Shown in pieces: positions 1 to 9,760 of a stretch of DNA of 48,366 nucleotides (the stretch's first letter is position 1; each line of letters starts with the position of its first letter). The position numbers and the translations under genes were made by a program. Below the pieces are notes generated by a model, which was given only the letters and a program-made list of their open reading frames with translations, did no database searches and was not told the DNA's origin. Where the stretch lies: assembly GCA_902800255.1 (NCBI GenBank), contig CADCDV010000001.1, forward strand, positions 1 to 48,366, read 5' to 3'. The DNA is from an uncultured Erysipelotrichaceae bacterium (lineage in GTDB: Bacteria > Bacillota_I > Bacilli_A > RFN20 > CAG-826).

Positions 1-998
1 TATTTGCCTTGGACATCAACGATGTTGATATAGTCAACGAAGATCATCGCAAGATCTGGGTTGTTGGCTTTGAGTTTGTGGGATTTGGCGACGATGTCTC
101 CTAACGCCTGGTTTGGAGTGTCATCGAAATAGAGTTTGGTTTTCCCGATCGATTCAAGCGCCGATTCAACTTTTTCCATGTCGCGTTTCTTTAAGCGCCC
201 GGTTGAAAGGTCGCTGATATCGACAAGCGCTTCGCTGGCGATAAGACGTTTCATGATAAGGTCGTTAGCCATTTCACAAGAGAAGATGGCAACGGTTCTG
301 CCAGTTTTTTGGGATGCCTTAAGGGCGAAGTTAAGCATCAAAGCGGTCTTTCCCATGGAAGGACGGGCAGCAAGGATGATGAGGTTTCCTTCTTGCCAGC
401 CGTGGGTGTAGGAATTGAGTTTGATGAAACCAGTGTCGATGCCAGTTAAACCGTTTGTGCTGATCTTTGATTCTTTGCGGATTTTCTCTTTCGTCATCTC
501 GGTGACATCTTTAGCGGAGATGAAGTTGGCAATCTGCCTCTTTGAGGCAATATCCGAAAGCTCTTGAGTGTTCGTGGAAATGAACTCACTGATGTCTTCG
601 ATTCCTTTTTCGTTGTAATCCTTAAGGATGTGCTCAATCTTGGTGAGATAGGCTCTTAAAACCGCTTGGTTACGGAGAATGTTCACATAGTGATCGACGT
701 TGCCAAGTTGGATTGGAGCTTCAAGAATGTCCATGACGTACTTGGTTGAGCCAGCATCTTCGAGGACACCCATATTGACGAGCTGGTCGACCAATGTCTG
801 CGCGTCGATTGGTTTATTATGAGCATCAAGCTCCTTCATCGCTCTGAAGATGAGGACGTTACGTGGGTCTTCACCAGAAAAGTCTTCCTCTCTGAGGGAG
901 GCGAGGGTGCTAGAAGCAAGGCTTTCGTCCACAAGAATCGCGCCTAAAACGGAACGTTCGGCTTCAATGTTTGATGGAAGTTTCGTTTTCTTGGCCAT
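1..998 (-). CDS. dnaB: Replicative DNA helicase DnaB (DnaC in B. subtilis naming); N-terminal ~332 codons, continues past the left edge
   Basis: My own translation from the ATG at 998-996 gives MAKKTKLPSNIEAERSVLGAILVDESL...KYVMDILEAP...VNILRNQAVLRAYL. Near position 59 it reads ...PDLAMIFVDYINIVDVQGK, which is Walker B-like. The frame stays open to the edge, which is why it is missing from the ORF track. It sits directly downstream of rplI, the conserved synteny. Confidence 0.9.
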   Translation of the reverse strand, partial: MAKKTKLPSNIEAERSVLGAILVDESLASSTLASLREEDFSGEDPRNVLIFRAMKELDAHNKPIDAQTLVDQLVNMGVLEDAGSTKYVMDILEAPIQLGNVDHYVNILRNQAVLRAYLTKIEHILKDYNEKGIEDISEFISTNTQELSDIASKRQIANFISAKDVTEMTKEKIRKESKISTNGLTGIDTGFIKLNSYTHGWQEGNLIILAARPSMGKTALMLNFALKASQKTGRTVAIFSCEMANDLIMKRLIASEALVDISDLSTGRLKKRDMEKVESALESIGKTKLYFDDTPNQALGDIVAKSHKLKANNPDLAMIFVDYINIVDVQGK

Positions 999-1000
999 GG

Positions 1001-1462
1001 CTATTTGTCCTCACTGATATGGACGCTGACAGTGCCAATGACTTGGCCTGCTTGCCCTTTGTATAATTCGATTCTGAGTTTGGTGTAACCGAAAGAATTC
1101 GCAGGGGTTTTGTCAATGAATTTGCGTTTATCGATGGTGATATCCCACTGCTTCTTCATGCCTTCCTCAATCTCTTTTGGAGAGATGGTTCCAAACATTC
1201 TGCCATCGGATCCGCCTTTGGCTTTGAACTCAACGTTGATGCTCTCAAGCCTCTTAGCAAGGGCTTCGGCTTCTTCTTTGAGTTTTTGTTGTCTAGCGGC
1301 CTCTTCGGCATTGTCTTTCTGAAGCTGGGCTTGGCTTCCTTTGGTGGACACGCAAGCGAGTCCTCTTGGGATGAGGAAGTTAGAGGCGTAACCGTCATTG
1401 ACTTCTTTGGTTTCGCCTTTCTTGCCAACGCCTTTGACGTCTTTAAGCAATATGACTTTCAT
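1001..1462 (-). CDS. rplI: 50S ribosomal protein L9
   Basis: [34 protein letters not shown] is the classic L9 N-terminus. A GGAGA RBS lies upstream. It falls between gdpP and dnaB as in Bacilli. Confidence 0.95.
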   Translation of the reverse strand: MKVILLKDVKGVGKKGETKEVNDGYASNFLIPRGLACVSTKGSQAQLQKDNAEEAARQQKLKEEAEALAKRLESINVEFKAKGGSDGRMFGTISPKEIEEGMKKQWDITIDKRKFIDKTPANSFGYTKLRIELYKGQAGQVIGTVSVHISEDK

Positions 1463-1467
1463 ACGAA

Positions 1468-3492
1468 TTAATCTCCTTCTTTAAGTGCGTTTCTCGCGCT
1501 GTCGAGATATTGTGACAAGGTTGATAAGAGCCTTGTGGCGGCTTTCTCGACTGGTACGTCGCCAAGCATTGTTGCTGCGCTGGTGAAGTGTCCTCCGCCA
1601 CCAAGCTTCTCAAGGATGAACTGAACGTTGACTGAGCCATCGCTTCTTCCTGAGATACGAACTTCGCTGTCAGCGGTTCTGCCAATAACGAACGCGGCAT
1701 TGACGCCTTTAAGCTGAAGCAACGTGTTACAGACCTTTGCAATGGTCGTCCTTTCAATGATGTCTCTGTCATCGGAGACACAATAGACGACGCCATAGAA
1801 TGGGGTCTGGATGGTTGAGATGATCTTGTTGATGAGGGAGTATTCCTCATACTCGTCCTTAAGGTAATCATCGGCAATGCTGTTATCAGCGCCATAGCTC
1901 TTAAGGGTTTGAGCGGCTTCGAACGTTCTCATGCCAACGGCTTTGTTCTTGAAATACGAAGTATCCATGAAGATGCCGGAGAGCATGATCGTTGCGAACG
2001 CTGGCTTAATTTCGATACGTGGGTTAGCGTTCGAATATTTGATCATCTCAGTGATGAGTTCAGTTGCACTGGCAGCGGTTGGGTCGATGTAAGAAAGAAC
2101 AGGTCTTTCTGGATATGATTCACCACGACGGTGATGGTCGATGATCATCGTCTTGCTTGAAAGCTCAAGAAGCCTTGGAGCCATGGTGATTTCAGGAACG
2201 GAAACGTCGACAACGATGACGAGGGTTGTTTCTTTGATGGTTGAAGCAGCTTGCTCTGGGGAGATGGTCATCTTTTCATGAACGTCTCTAGAGAAGGCGG
2301 ATTGGAAGGCCAAACGAGTCTTTTTCTCAGCACGTTTTGGCGTATAAACAATCTTGCTTGGAACTCCAACCCAATCGCAGACCGCCATCATGCCAAGGGC
2401 AGCGCCCAAGGCATCCATGTCCATATCGGTGTGGCCCATGATGAAGACGTTTGAGGAACCACGGATGATGGTTGCGACAGAGTCGGCCATGGAACGGACT
2501 TTAACCTTTGAGGTGTTTTCAACACCTGTGGAGTTGCCACCGAAGAAGGCAAGTTCTTGGCCGTAGTGAGAAACGACGACTTGGTCACCACCACGAGAGA
2601 GGGCGACGTCGATAGCGTCGTTAGCCATATCGTTAAGCTTGGCGATATCAGGGAAGTCGTGAGCAATACCGATTGAGAGGGTAAGAGGAGTGTCTTCTTT
2701 CTCTTCCGCTTCGCGGACTTTCTCAACAAGGGAGAATTTGTCTTTCTCCATACGCATAAGGGAGTTGTAGTTGCAGACCATGAAGTAGGAGTCGGTCTTG
2801 ATACGACGGACGAGAACGCCGAACTCACGGCAGTAATCGTTGATGATGGAACGGACCTTCATGATCTGTTCGGACATCTCATCAGTGTCTGATGAAACAT
2901 CATTGTAGTTGTCGATCATGATGACACCAAGAACAGTGGCCTGCTCACGGGAATAGGTCGCCATTTCTTCGAACTCAGTCTTGTCATTGAAGACGAACAT
3001 CTTTGGCTGAGAGAGATATCTTACTTCGTAAAGTCGCTGTTTAATTGTGACTTTGATGGTCTTTCCTGGAACACCATTAACAAGCTCTTTGAGGCCTGGG
3101 GCAAACTGATAGATATCAGCATCGACAATGTCGATCTGCATGTCTTTGAACATGTTGTTGGCCCAGATGACGATACCATCGCCATCAACGACGACTAAGC
3201 CAATGTGGGCGAAGTTATAAGCGTTCTGAACGTCTCCACCGATAAGCGAAGCAGCTTCCTGGTCGTTGCTTTGTCTCTTGCGGCCGATCTTGAGAAGGGC
3301 GAACCAGAAGACGATCGCGTCAATGAAGAGGAAGGCGGTCGCAACGAAGAGAAGGTAGAACTGAATATTCTGGGAATCCTGGATTCCGAAAATGTTGCCG
3401 AACCAAAGTACGATGAAAGCGATGGTAATCGCTGCTTGGATACCATAGACGACAAATAAGGCAACACGTGTTTTCGAAATCAGTTTATTCAT
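1468..3492 (-). CDS. gdpP: Cyclic-di-AMP phosphodiesterase GdpP/YybT-like (2 TM, PAS-like, degenerate GGDEF, DHH-DHHA1)
   Basis: 674 aa. Two N-terminal TM helices are present, with a DHH motif ([15 protein letters not shown] ... IIDHHRR) and a C-terminal GGGH (DHHA1). Conserved position upstream of rplI-dnaB. Confidence 0.85.
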   Translation of the reverse strand: MNKLISKTRVALFVVYGIQAAITIAFIVLWFGNIFGIQDSQNIQFYLLFVATAFLFIDAIVFWFALLKIGRKRQSNDQEAASLIGGDVQNAYNFAHIGLVVVDGDGIVIWANNMFKDMQIDIVDADIYQFAPGLKELVNGVPGKTIKVTIKQRLYEVRYLSQPKMFVFNDKTEFEEMATYSREQATVLGVIMIDNYNDVSSDTDEMSEQIMKVRSIINDYCREFGVLVRRIKTDSYFMVCNYNSLMRMEKDKFSLVEKVREAEEKEDTPLTLSIGIAHDFPDIAKLNDMANDAIDVALSRGGDQVVVSHYGQELAFFGGNSTGVENTSKVKVRSMADSVATIIRGSSNVFIMGHTDMDMDALGAALGMMAVCDWVGVPSKIVYTPKRAEKKTRLAFQSAFSRDVHEKMTISPEQAASTIKETTLVIVVDVSVPEITMAPRLLELSSKTMIIDHHRRGESYPERPVLSYIDPTAASATELITEMIKYSNANPRIEIKPAFATIMLSGIFMDTSYFKNKAVGMRTFEAAQTLKSYGADNSIADDYLKDEYEEYSLINKIISTIQTPFYGVVYCVSDDRDIIERTTIAKVCNTLLQLKGVNAAFVIGRTADSEVRISGRSDGSVNVQFILEKLGGGGHFTSAATMLGDVPVEKAATRLLSTLSQYLDSARNALKEGD

Positions 3493-3545
3493 GGTTAATG
3501 ATAATTATATCGTTATCCCGTTATGGGATAAACCTTTACGTGCTT

Positions 3546-3580
3546 AAAAAAGAGGCCACCGTTTGAAATAGTGGCCTTTT
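3546..3580 (-). terminator. Rho-independent terminator after the P-type ATPase gene (hairpin aggccac/gtggcct, U-tract on the minus strand; also T-rich on plus)
   Basis: A 7-bp GC-rich stem (3553-3559 and 3571-3577) is flanked by an A6 run on plus, which is a U-run on minus. Confidence 0.6.
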
Positions 3581-3600
3581 GCTAAGGATTTTGAGGTCTT

Positions 3601-5649
3601 TTACTTGACCTTCTTAAAAAGAAGCGAGATTGAATTGATGACAAGAAGCAGGGTCAAGCCGGTGTCTGCAAGGACCGCTGCCCAAAGAGGGAAAGCCTCT
3701 CCAAAGATGACTGATAAAGCGGCGATCGCGACCTTAACAACGAGGGATGCGACGATGTTGAAGGTGGCTTTTGCTTTCGCTGCTTTTGCGATTCTGACAG
3801 CCTTAACGATTTTGCTTAGATCGTCATTCATGACGACGACGTCCGCACTATCGACGGCCATGTCGCTTCCAGCTCCACCCATGGCGATGCCGACATCGGC
3901 CAAAGCAAGGGAAGGTGCGTCATTGATGCCATCACCGATATAGGCGACTCCGCCTTTGTGGTTGTCGATCTCTCCTTGGAGAATGCGTTTCTTATCCTCT
4001 GGGAGAAGTTCGCTATAGACCCTCTTGGCACCGACATATTCGCCGATCTCTTTAGAGATGTCATTTCTGTCGCCAGTGAGGATGATGGTTTCGATATTTA
4101 TCGAAGAGAGCTCATCAACCATCTGTTTTGCGCTATCTTTGACTTTGTCTTTAAGTGTGGCGTGGCCAACATATTTGCCATCGACAGCTAAGTAGGTGGT
4201 TGAGCCTTTTTTGGAACATTTGATGAGGTCGACCTTATGATCTGCGAGAAGGTGAGCGCTGCCTGCTAAGACGTGATGACCTTTATAGGTCAAAGAGACG
4301 CCTTTGCCTGCAATCTCGTTATATTCGGAAATGAACTCTTGGTAGCTGCTTCCATCGTCATCTCCCATGATTGCCTTAGCGAGAGGGTGGTTGCTTCTTG
4401 ATTCGGCAGCAAAGAGATATTCTCTGAATAACTCTTCCCCTATCTCGTTTTCTTTGAAGTGGTCGATTGCGAAGACACCTAAGGTAATGGTTCCGGTTTT
4501 GTCGCTAGCAACCGCATCGAGCGAGCTAAGCCAATCAAGATAGGAAGCTCCTTTGATGAGGATGCCATTCTTCGAGGCAAGGCCAATCGCAGCGAAGTAG
4601 GCAAGCGGAACGGATACGACAATCGCACATGGGCAAGAGATGACTAATAAGCAGATAGCGCTATATAGCCAGGAAGCCCAAACGGTTGGGTTACTGATGC
4701 CAATAAAGAGAGGCGGAACCACTGCAACAAGAAGGGCGATCAAACAGACGATTGGAGTGTAAATTTTTGCAAAAGCCGTGACAAATCGCTGTGCTTTTGA
4801 TTTTGAAGACTCGCCTTCTTTGACAAGTCTGATGATTTTGCTGACGGTTGAATCTTCATATTCTTTGGTGACTTCAACCACTAAGGAACCGGACACCAAA
4901 GTCGTTCCGGAATTGACGTTCTCGCCAACGCCTCTTTCTTGTGGGAGGCTTTCACCGGTAAGCGAGGCCATATTGACTCCACCGCTTCCGGAAACAACAA
5001 CACCATCGGCAGGGATGATATCTCCAACCGAAACAAGAATCTGGTCGCCGATCTTAAGGGTTTCAGGATCGACTTCCTCTTTCTTGCCTTCGTGAAGGAG
5101 GCAGGCTTTCTTGGCTCTTAAGCCAACCGCATCTTCGATGGCCTTTTTGCTTCTATCAACGGAGATGTCTTCAAATAGCTCACCAACCTGGTAGAGGAAA
5201 ACGACCATAACAGCTTCGAAGAATTCGTTTTGCTGTTCTCCAAAGAAACGGAGACAGAAAGCGCCGATTGTGGCAATCATCATCAAGGTATTCTCATCGA
5301 ACAAATCCTTGATGTGCCTGAAGTTCTTTATGGCTTTCCAAATGATGTCATAAGCGACCGCCAAATACGCGACCGCCATAATGCCGAAGTTGACCCAAAG
5401 GGCAGCATCGTTAGATAGCCCCATGCCTCTAAGGTTCTCTTCGTTCCAAAGGAAAAGACCAAGAAGACCTAAAATGAGGCCGACAGCAAGACGGCAAATA
5501 AGAAAAATCAAACGACCTTTGGTGAGTTCTTCTTCCTCTTCGTCGTCGTGGTGGCAGCAAGGGCATCCGCCCCTATGCACATGTCCATGTTCACACTCAT
5601 CATCATGGTCGTAATGATGGTGATGGTGGTGTTCTTTTTCTTCAGTCAT
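3601..5649 (-). CDS. Heavy-metal (Zn/Cd/Co-type) P1B-type ATPase with a His/Cys-rich N-terminus
   Basis: Carries a CPC transmembrane motif (VISCPCAIV), DKTGT phosphorylation site, TGES-like LTGESLP, and GDGINDAP hinge. The N-terminus reads MTEEKEHHHHHHYDHDDECEHGHVHRGGCPCCHH. I prefer the ATG at 5649 (GGAAGAG about 8 nt upstream). A GTG at 5658 overlapping the regulator's TGA (GTGA) is the alternative. Confidence 0.85.
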   Translation of the reverse strand: MTEEKEHHHHHHYDHDDECEHGHVHRGGCPCCHHDDEEEEELTKGRLIFLICRLAVGLILGLLGLFLWNEENLRGMGLSNDAALWVNFGIMAVAYLAVAYDIIWKAIKNFRHIKDLFDENTLMMIATIGAFCLRFFGEQQNEFFEAVMVVFLYQVGELFEDISVDRSKKAIEDAVGLRAKKACLLHEGKKEEVDPETLKIGDQILVSVGDIIPADGVVVSGSGGVNMASLTGESLPQERGVGENVNSGTTLVSGSLVVEVTKEYEDSTVSKIIRLVKEGESSKSKAQRFVTAFAKIYTPIVCLIALLVAVVPPLFIGISNPTVWASWLYSAICLLVISCPCAIVVSVPLAYFAAIGLASKNGILIKGASYLDWLSSLDAVASDKTGTITLGVFAIDHFKENEIGEELFREYLFAAESRSNHPLAKAIMGDDDGSSYQEFISEYNEIAGKGVSLTYKGHHVLAGSAHLLADHKVDLIKCSKKGSTTYLAVDGKYVGHATLKDKVKDSAKQMVDELSSINIETIILTGDRNDISKEIGEYVGAKRVYSELLPEDKKRILQGEIDNHKGGVAYIGDGINDAPSLALADVGIAMGGAGSDMAVDSADVVVMNDDLSKIVKAVRIAKAAKAKATFNIVASLVVKVAIAALSVIFGEAFPLWAAVLADTGLTLLLVINSISLLFKKVK

Positions 5650-5654
5650 ATAAA

Positions 5655-5948
5655 TCACTCTTCCGCGTGTTCTTGCACGATTCTGAGGAGTGAATTAACA
5701 TGCTCGTCCGCTAACTTGTAATAAACCTTGGTGCCCTCTTTATGGGTTGTAACCAAATTTGCCTTCTTGAGCACCTTAAGCTGGTGTGACACCAAAGATT
5801 GGCTTGCCCCCACTTCTTCGACAATGGTTGAGACGGATTTGTCTTCATCCATGATCGCATAGAGGATCTTGAGCCTGGTGTAATCGCTGGCCACATTCAG
5901 GAGTTCTTCCATCTTGGTCAGAATTTTCTCGCTTGGTATCTCACTCAT
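5655..5948 (-). CDS. ArsR/SmtB-family metalloregulator, CzrA/SmtB alpha5-site type
   Basis: Winged-HTH signature (TRLKILYAI...SQSLVSHQLKVLKKANLV). The protein has no cysteine. The C-terminal D-x-H-x10-H-x2-E pattern (LADEHVNSLLRIVQEHAEE) matches the alpha5 Zn/Co site. It is translationally coupled to the ATPase. Confidence 0.8.
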   Translation of the reverse strand: MSEIPSEKILTKMEELLNVASDYTRLKILYAIMDEDKSVSTIVEEVGASQSLVSHQLKVLKKANLVTTHKEGTKVYYKLADEHVNSLLRIVQEHAEE

Positions 5949-5989
5949 AAGTTAACGGGGATATTGTAACACTCCCCACGGACATTATT

Positions 5990-6039
5990 ATATGAATGTT
6001 TGTTCATATTTCAATAACAATATGAATGATTTTTCATAT
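5990..6039. promoter_or_regulatory. Two tandem inverted-repeat operators ATATGAA-N6-TTCATAT upstream of the ArsR/SmtB-ATPase operon
   Basis: Perfect 7-6-7 inverted repeats lie at 5990-6009 (atatgaatgtttgttcatat) and 6020-6039 (atatgaatgatttttcatat). Their centres are 30 bp apart. The TGAA..TTCA core is typical of SmtB/CzrA 12-2-12 type operators. Confidence 0.6.
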
Positions 6040-6040
6040 A

Positions 6041-6075
6041 TACAAAAGAAAACGCCGTTTTGCAGGCGTTTTTCT
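6041..6075 (-). terminator. Rho-independent terminator after the fused ABC/FtsX gene
   Basis: Stem aaaacgcc (6049-6056) pairs with ggcgtttt (6065-6072). T/A runs lie on both sides. Confidence 0.6.
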
Positions 6076-6090
6076 TTTTTGTTTTGGTGA

Positions 6091-9000
6091 TTATAAGGCT
6101 CTGATAGCTTCGACTGGAGGCTTCTTTGCAGCAAGCAAGACCGGTAGGAAGGTAGCGACGAAACTGAAGACGATGCTGATTCCTAAGATGATCAAAATGC
6201 TAAGCGGGCCAAACTCGAGAAGCGGTATGCCGATGGCAGAATGCATCATCTCCCTGTTAACGAACATGCAGACAATGAAGCTTGCAATCGTCGACAAGAA
6301 GAAGCAAATGGCTGCGATGATTCCGCTTTCTGAATAGAAGACCTTAAAGACGTCGCTTCCCCTGGCGCCAACAGCACGGAGAATACCAATATCTTTTTTC
6401 TTACTAGCAATCGAAACGGAGATGAAATTGAGGAGAAGGAGGCCGGCGAATAAACCAGTAACGGCGCCAATCGAGAGGAAAATCGTCCCGAGGGTGCTAA
6501 CCATATCCGTATACATATAAAGGCTATTGTAGACCTGGTTCGTCATTCGGAAATAATAGGTTCCATTATCTTGGAGGAAGAGATCGATATCGCTTTGAGA
6601 GTAGTCCGTAAGAGCAAGCAGATAAGAGTATCTGGCATCAGCAGGAGAAACGTAATCGGTCATGGTCTTGGACTTCCAGGAATACGAATCAACAAGATAT
6701 TCTTTAATCGCGTTTCTCGTTAATGTGAACCCTCCAAAGTAGTAACCGTCGGCCTTCACGAATCCTTTAATCTTGTAACTTTTGATGACTCCGTTATAGT
6801 CTTTCGAATAACAGTTCGGCTGGGCGTATCTTGGTTGAGCGAGCAGCGGCTCCATTTTATCGACCCCACCAAAGAAAGAGACAATTTCGTTATCGGAAAG
6901 GTCCTTGTTGTAAATTGATTTGAAGAGCTTTTTGCTGAAGGTTTCTAACATTTCAACGCTATCAGCAGAATATGAATTCTCCTCAGCATAGCTTTTCAAT
7001 TCAAACAAATATTCATATCCCGTCCCATCTAGAGCGGCCTTGATTTGTTCGCTATAGTTAGCGCGATTGGCGAACGAATAAAGGGTGTCCGCAAAAGCCA
7101 AAGTAGGGATGTAACTCATTCCTGAGTCAGAGGAAATGACCGTTTGCAAATAATTCTTCAAGGAAGCAAAATCAGCATCCCCGATTTCTAAATATTCGAG
7201 GCTCTGACGGAGCCCGACTTTATCATCGTCGTTCCAACCGCTTGGAACCGCGCCACCGTTATTGATGTAAGTATTGATATATCTTGAAGCGGTTAGGGCA
7301 TAAGAAAGTGAATAGCCTCTTTTCACGAAAGGCGTGAGGGCCGAGATTGCCAAGGCTTTATCTTCATCGATGTCATATCCTGATTCGTAATAACCGGTAT
7401 TTGCGGCATTTTGCAATCTCAAAATCGCCTTTGCCTCTGGACTTTTATTACTGCTAGAGCCATAGAGGTCTAAGCGGAAATCTTGGTAAGCCGGGTCACC
7501 TGAATCGTAAACATCGGCAACATCAAGCAATCCCCTCACGGCTCCATAGTATTTTTCGGTCATGAAAGATCTGTAGTAGTCCTCATACGCAAGGAAGACC
7601 TCGTCATCATTTAGTTTCGGATCATCCATTTTGACGAAGTCTTTGTCATAGAACTCTAGGCCATTTGCAAGTGCGTCTTCAAAGATGGCAACCGGCGTAT
7701 ATTCCATATCTATGTTGATATCGCCTGGATCAAATTCAACGCTTTGGTCCAAGGCCTCGAAAACAATGCCTTGAGGATAAACAGGGGCCAAATAGGATGA
7801 ATCCGAAGATTTATATACACCGTGTTTGTCGATGAAAGATGGAGCGACAAAACAAACAGTGTATAAAGAGTTATCAATAAACGCTCCGAATGCATTCCTT
7901 TCGCTGATTCTGTCCTCTTGGCTTTGCATCGCAGGTTTCTCGGTTTTTAGTGCGTCGTATTTGCTTGGTGTAGGACCAAAATCATAAACAGCGGTGATAG
8001 TTAATTCAGTCTGCCCTTCCCAGTAAGCCGAGACATTGATCTTCTTTCCGAAGACATCGTTATAGTTCACGATTCCCGTAAAAGAGTCGCTTTCTTTGAT
8101 GTAATCAAAAACAACGTTAGAGATTGCAACCTCGTCATCGGATGACGGCTCAGTTCCATACACTGAGAAGCCATGGTTTTTGACCCAGGAAGCGCTCGCG
8201 TCGCTGAAACCGAAGAACCCTTCGACGCAAGAGTAATAGTCTTTCGATTCGCCTGATGGAGCATGGACATTCTGGAAACGGACATAGTTGCTAGAATACT
8301 GGCTTCCTGGATAGAAAGAGTAGATGCCTATGAACTTGTCGTTGTTCTTTTCGTTAAGGTCATCTAATTCCGCTTTCCCAAAATAATCGCTCTGAGAGGT
8401 CCCCCATTGGTTTCCTTCATCGACGAGTTCGCCAGTCTTGTTGTCGATGGTTTGCCGCACTTGTGTGGCTCTGAAATTCTTAACGATCGCTTCGCTTGAT
8501 CTATCGAGGTTGGCCATAGCAGCCGAAAGCGAATAGCTTGGTTTATAGAACATCAAAGTGGATGCGGTTCCAAAAAGAGTCATGGAAACCACTGAAAGCA
8601 AGACTGTGAAAATAAGTCTAATTGGTTTTGTTTTGAGGCCGCTTGCGCCCATCTTGAATGCGCGTGCAAAAGGCATGCGGGAACGAATGAATTTGGTCTG
8701 ACTTCCGTCATATTCCTTCATGTCGATCTTGGTCGTGTCGGCAAAGACCTCACTATGGTTGCCTTCATTGACTTTGGCAGCTTTCTTAGTGGCTTTGACG
8801 GTATCCTCGCCAGAAGAGATAAGGACCTCGCCCTTCTGCTTCTTGATGAGTTTGTAGATCTCTTTAAAGTCGGCTTCGCTTAATTTATCAGCCTCTTTGA
8901 TATCGATGACGTTGTCATTAACGACGGTGACGTTTTCATTGAGGGTTTTTGGCGCAACATATTCTTTGGTTTTGTCGCTGATGATTTTTCCATCTTTAAG

Positions 9001-9633
9001 CTCGATGATGCGGTCGCCATATTCCTCAGCAAAGTCCCGGTCATGGGAAACGATGATGACCAATTTGGTTTGGCTAAGTTTCTTTAAGATCTCAAGAACC
9101 TGTTTACCGGTATTTGAATCAAGGGCGCCAGTAGGCTCATCGGCCATGATGATCTCAGGGTCTTTGATGAGGGCTCTGGCGATAGCGATTCTTTGCTTCT
9201 GACCGCCGGAAAGAGTGTTAGGTTTTCTTTTGTTGAAACCTTCTAAATCAACTTCTTTCAAAAGGGAATCGACAGCGGTTTTGTCGTTCTTTTTGCCCTG
9301 AAGTTGGAGGGCGAGGGAGATATTCTGCTCAATGTTGAATTCGTTGAGGATGTTATATTCCTGGAAGATGAACCCGATGTAGGTGTTGCGGTAGCTATCG
9401 AAGCCGCTTTGAGAGAAATCCTTTGAGCTTCTTCCTTTGACGATAACTTCACCGGCGTCTGGACGGTCAAGTCCACCGACAACGTTGAGCAGGGTTGATT
9501 TGCCTGAACCGGATTTACCTAAAAGGAAAACGAGTCCCTTCTCTGGGAAATCCACTGAAACGTCATCAAGGGCTTTGGTAATTACGCCGCCCTTTGTCTT
9601 ATATGTCTTGGAAAGGTTTCTAATTTGAAGCAT
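6091..9633 (-). CDS. Fused MacB-type ABC transporter: N-terminal ATPase + TM + ~680-aa extracytoplasmic domain + C-terminal FtsX permease domain
   Basis: 1180 aa. Motifs present: Walker A GKSGSGKST, signature LSGGQKQR, Walker B IIMADEPTGALD. TM1 is near aa 335-357. The C-terminal FtsX-like 3-TM bundle reads ...ILRAVGARGSDVFKVF...PVEAIRAL. AAGGAGG RBS. Confidence 0.85.
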   Translation of the reverse strand: MLQIRNLSKTYKTKGGVITKALDDVSVDFPEKGLVFLLGKSGSGKSTLLNVVGGLDRPDAGEVIVKGRSSKDFSQSGFDSYRNTYIGFIFQEYNILNEFNIEQNISLALQLQGKKNDKTAVDSLLKEVDLEGFNKRKPNTLSGGQKQRIAIARALIKDPEIIMADEPTGALDSNTGKQVLEILKKLSQTKLVIIVSHDRDFAEEYGDRIIELKDGKIISDKTKEYVAPKTLNENVTVVNDNVIDIKEADKLSEADFKEIYKLIKKQKGEVLISSGEDTVKATKKAAKVNEGNHSEVFADTTKIDMKEYDGSQTKFIRSRMPFARAFKMGASGLKTKPIRLIFTVLLSVVSMTLFGTASTLMFYKPSYSLSAAMANLDRSSEAIVKNFRATQVRQTIDNKTGELVDEGNQWGTSQSDYFGKAELDDLNEKNNDKFIGIYSFYPGSQYSSNYVRFQNVHAPSGESKDYYSCVEGFFGFSDASASWVKNHGFSVYGTEPSSDDEVAISNVVFDYIKESDSFTGIVNYNDVFGKKINVSAYWEGQTELTITAVYDFGPTPSKYDALKTEKPAMQSQEDRISERNAFGAFIDNSLYTVCFVAPSFIDKHGVYKSSDSSYLAPVYPQGIVFEALDQSVEFDPGDINIDMEYTPVAIFEDALANGLEFYDKDFVKMDDPKLNDDEVFLAYEDYYRSFMTEKYYGAVRGLLDVADVYDSGDPAYQDFRLDLYGSSSNKSPEAKAILRLQNAANTGYYESGYDIDEDKALAISALTPFVKRGYSLSYALTASRYINTYINNGGAVPSGWNDDDKVGLRQSLEYLEIGDADFASLKNYLQTVISSDSGMSYIPTLAFADTLYSFANRANYSEQIKAALDGTGYEYLFELKSYAEENSYSADSVEMLETFSKKLFKSIYNKDLSDNEIVSFFGGVDKMEPLLAQPRYAQPNCYSKDYNGVIKSYKIKGFVKADGYYFGGFTLTRNAIKEYLVDSYSWKSKTMTDYVSPADARYSYLLALTDYSQSDIDLFLQDNGTYYFRMTNQVYNSLYMYTDMVSTLGTIFLSIGAVTGLFAGLLLLNFISVSIASKKKDIGILRAVGARGSDVFKVFYSESGIIAAICFFLSTIASFIVCMFVNREMMHSAIGIPLLEFGPLSILIILGISIVFSFVATFLPVLLAAKKPPVEAIRAL

Positions 9634-9711
9634 TGCCTAACCTCCTTGCCTTCGCGCGTACGAAAGGCGACGATAGTTTTGCACACCCGAAGAACCAAAA
9701 GCAATACGGAT

Positions 9712-9739
9712 AAAGAAAAAAGGCGCCTTTATGGCGCCT
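9712..9739 (-). terminator. Rho-independent terminator after the 153-aa membrane protein gene
   Basis: Stem aggcgcc (9721-9727) pairs with ggcgcct (9733-9739), with a 5-nt loop. The A-run at 9712-9720 gives a U-tract on minus. Confidence 0.6.
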
Positions 9740-9760
9740 CTATTAATTTGAGTCTTCTTA

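Noticed and set aside
136-411. 91-aa plus-strand ORF in the first kilobase
   Set aside because: It lies entirely antisense to the open dnaB reading frame, which has clear helicase homology. It has no RBS and a low-complexity composition. It is a shadow ORF.
5590-5649. A run of six consecutive His codons at the ATPase N-terminus, resembling an engineered His-tag
   Set aside because: The codons are mixed CAT/CAC. They sit in a longer natural His/Asp/Cys-rich metal-binding stretch (HHHHHHYDHDDECEHGHVH..CPCCHH), which is typical of Zn/Cd P1B ATPases. No vector-like sequence flanks the run.
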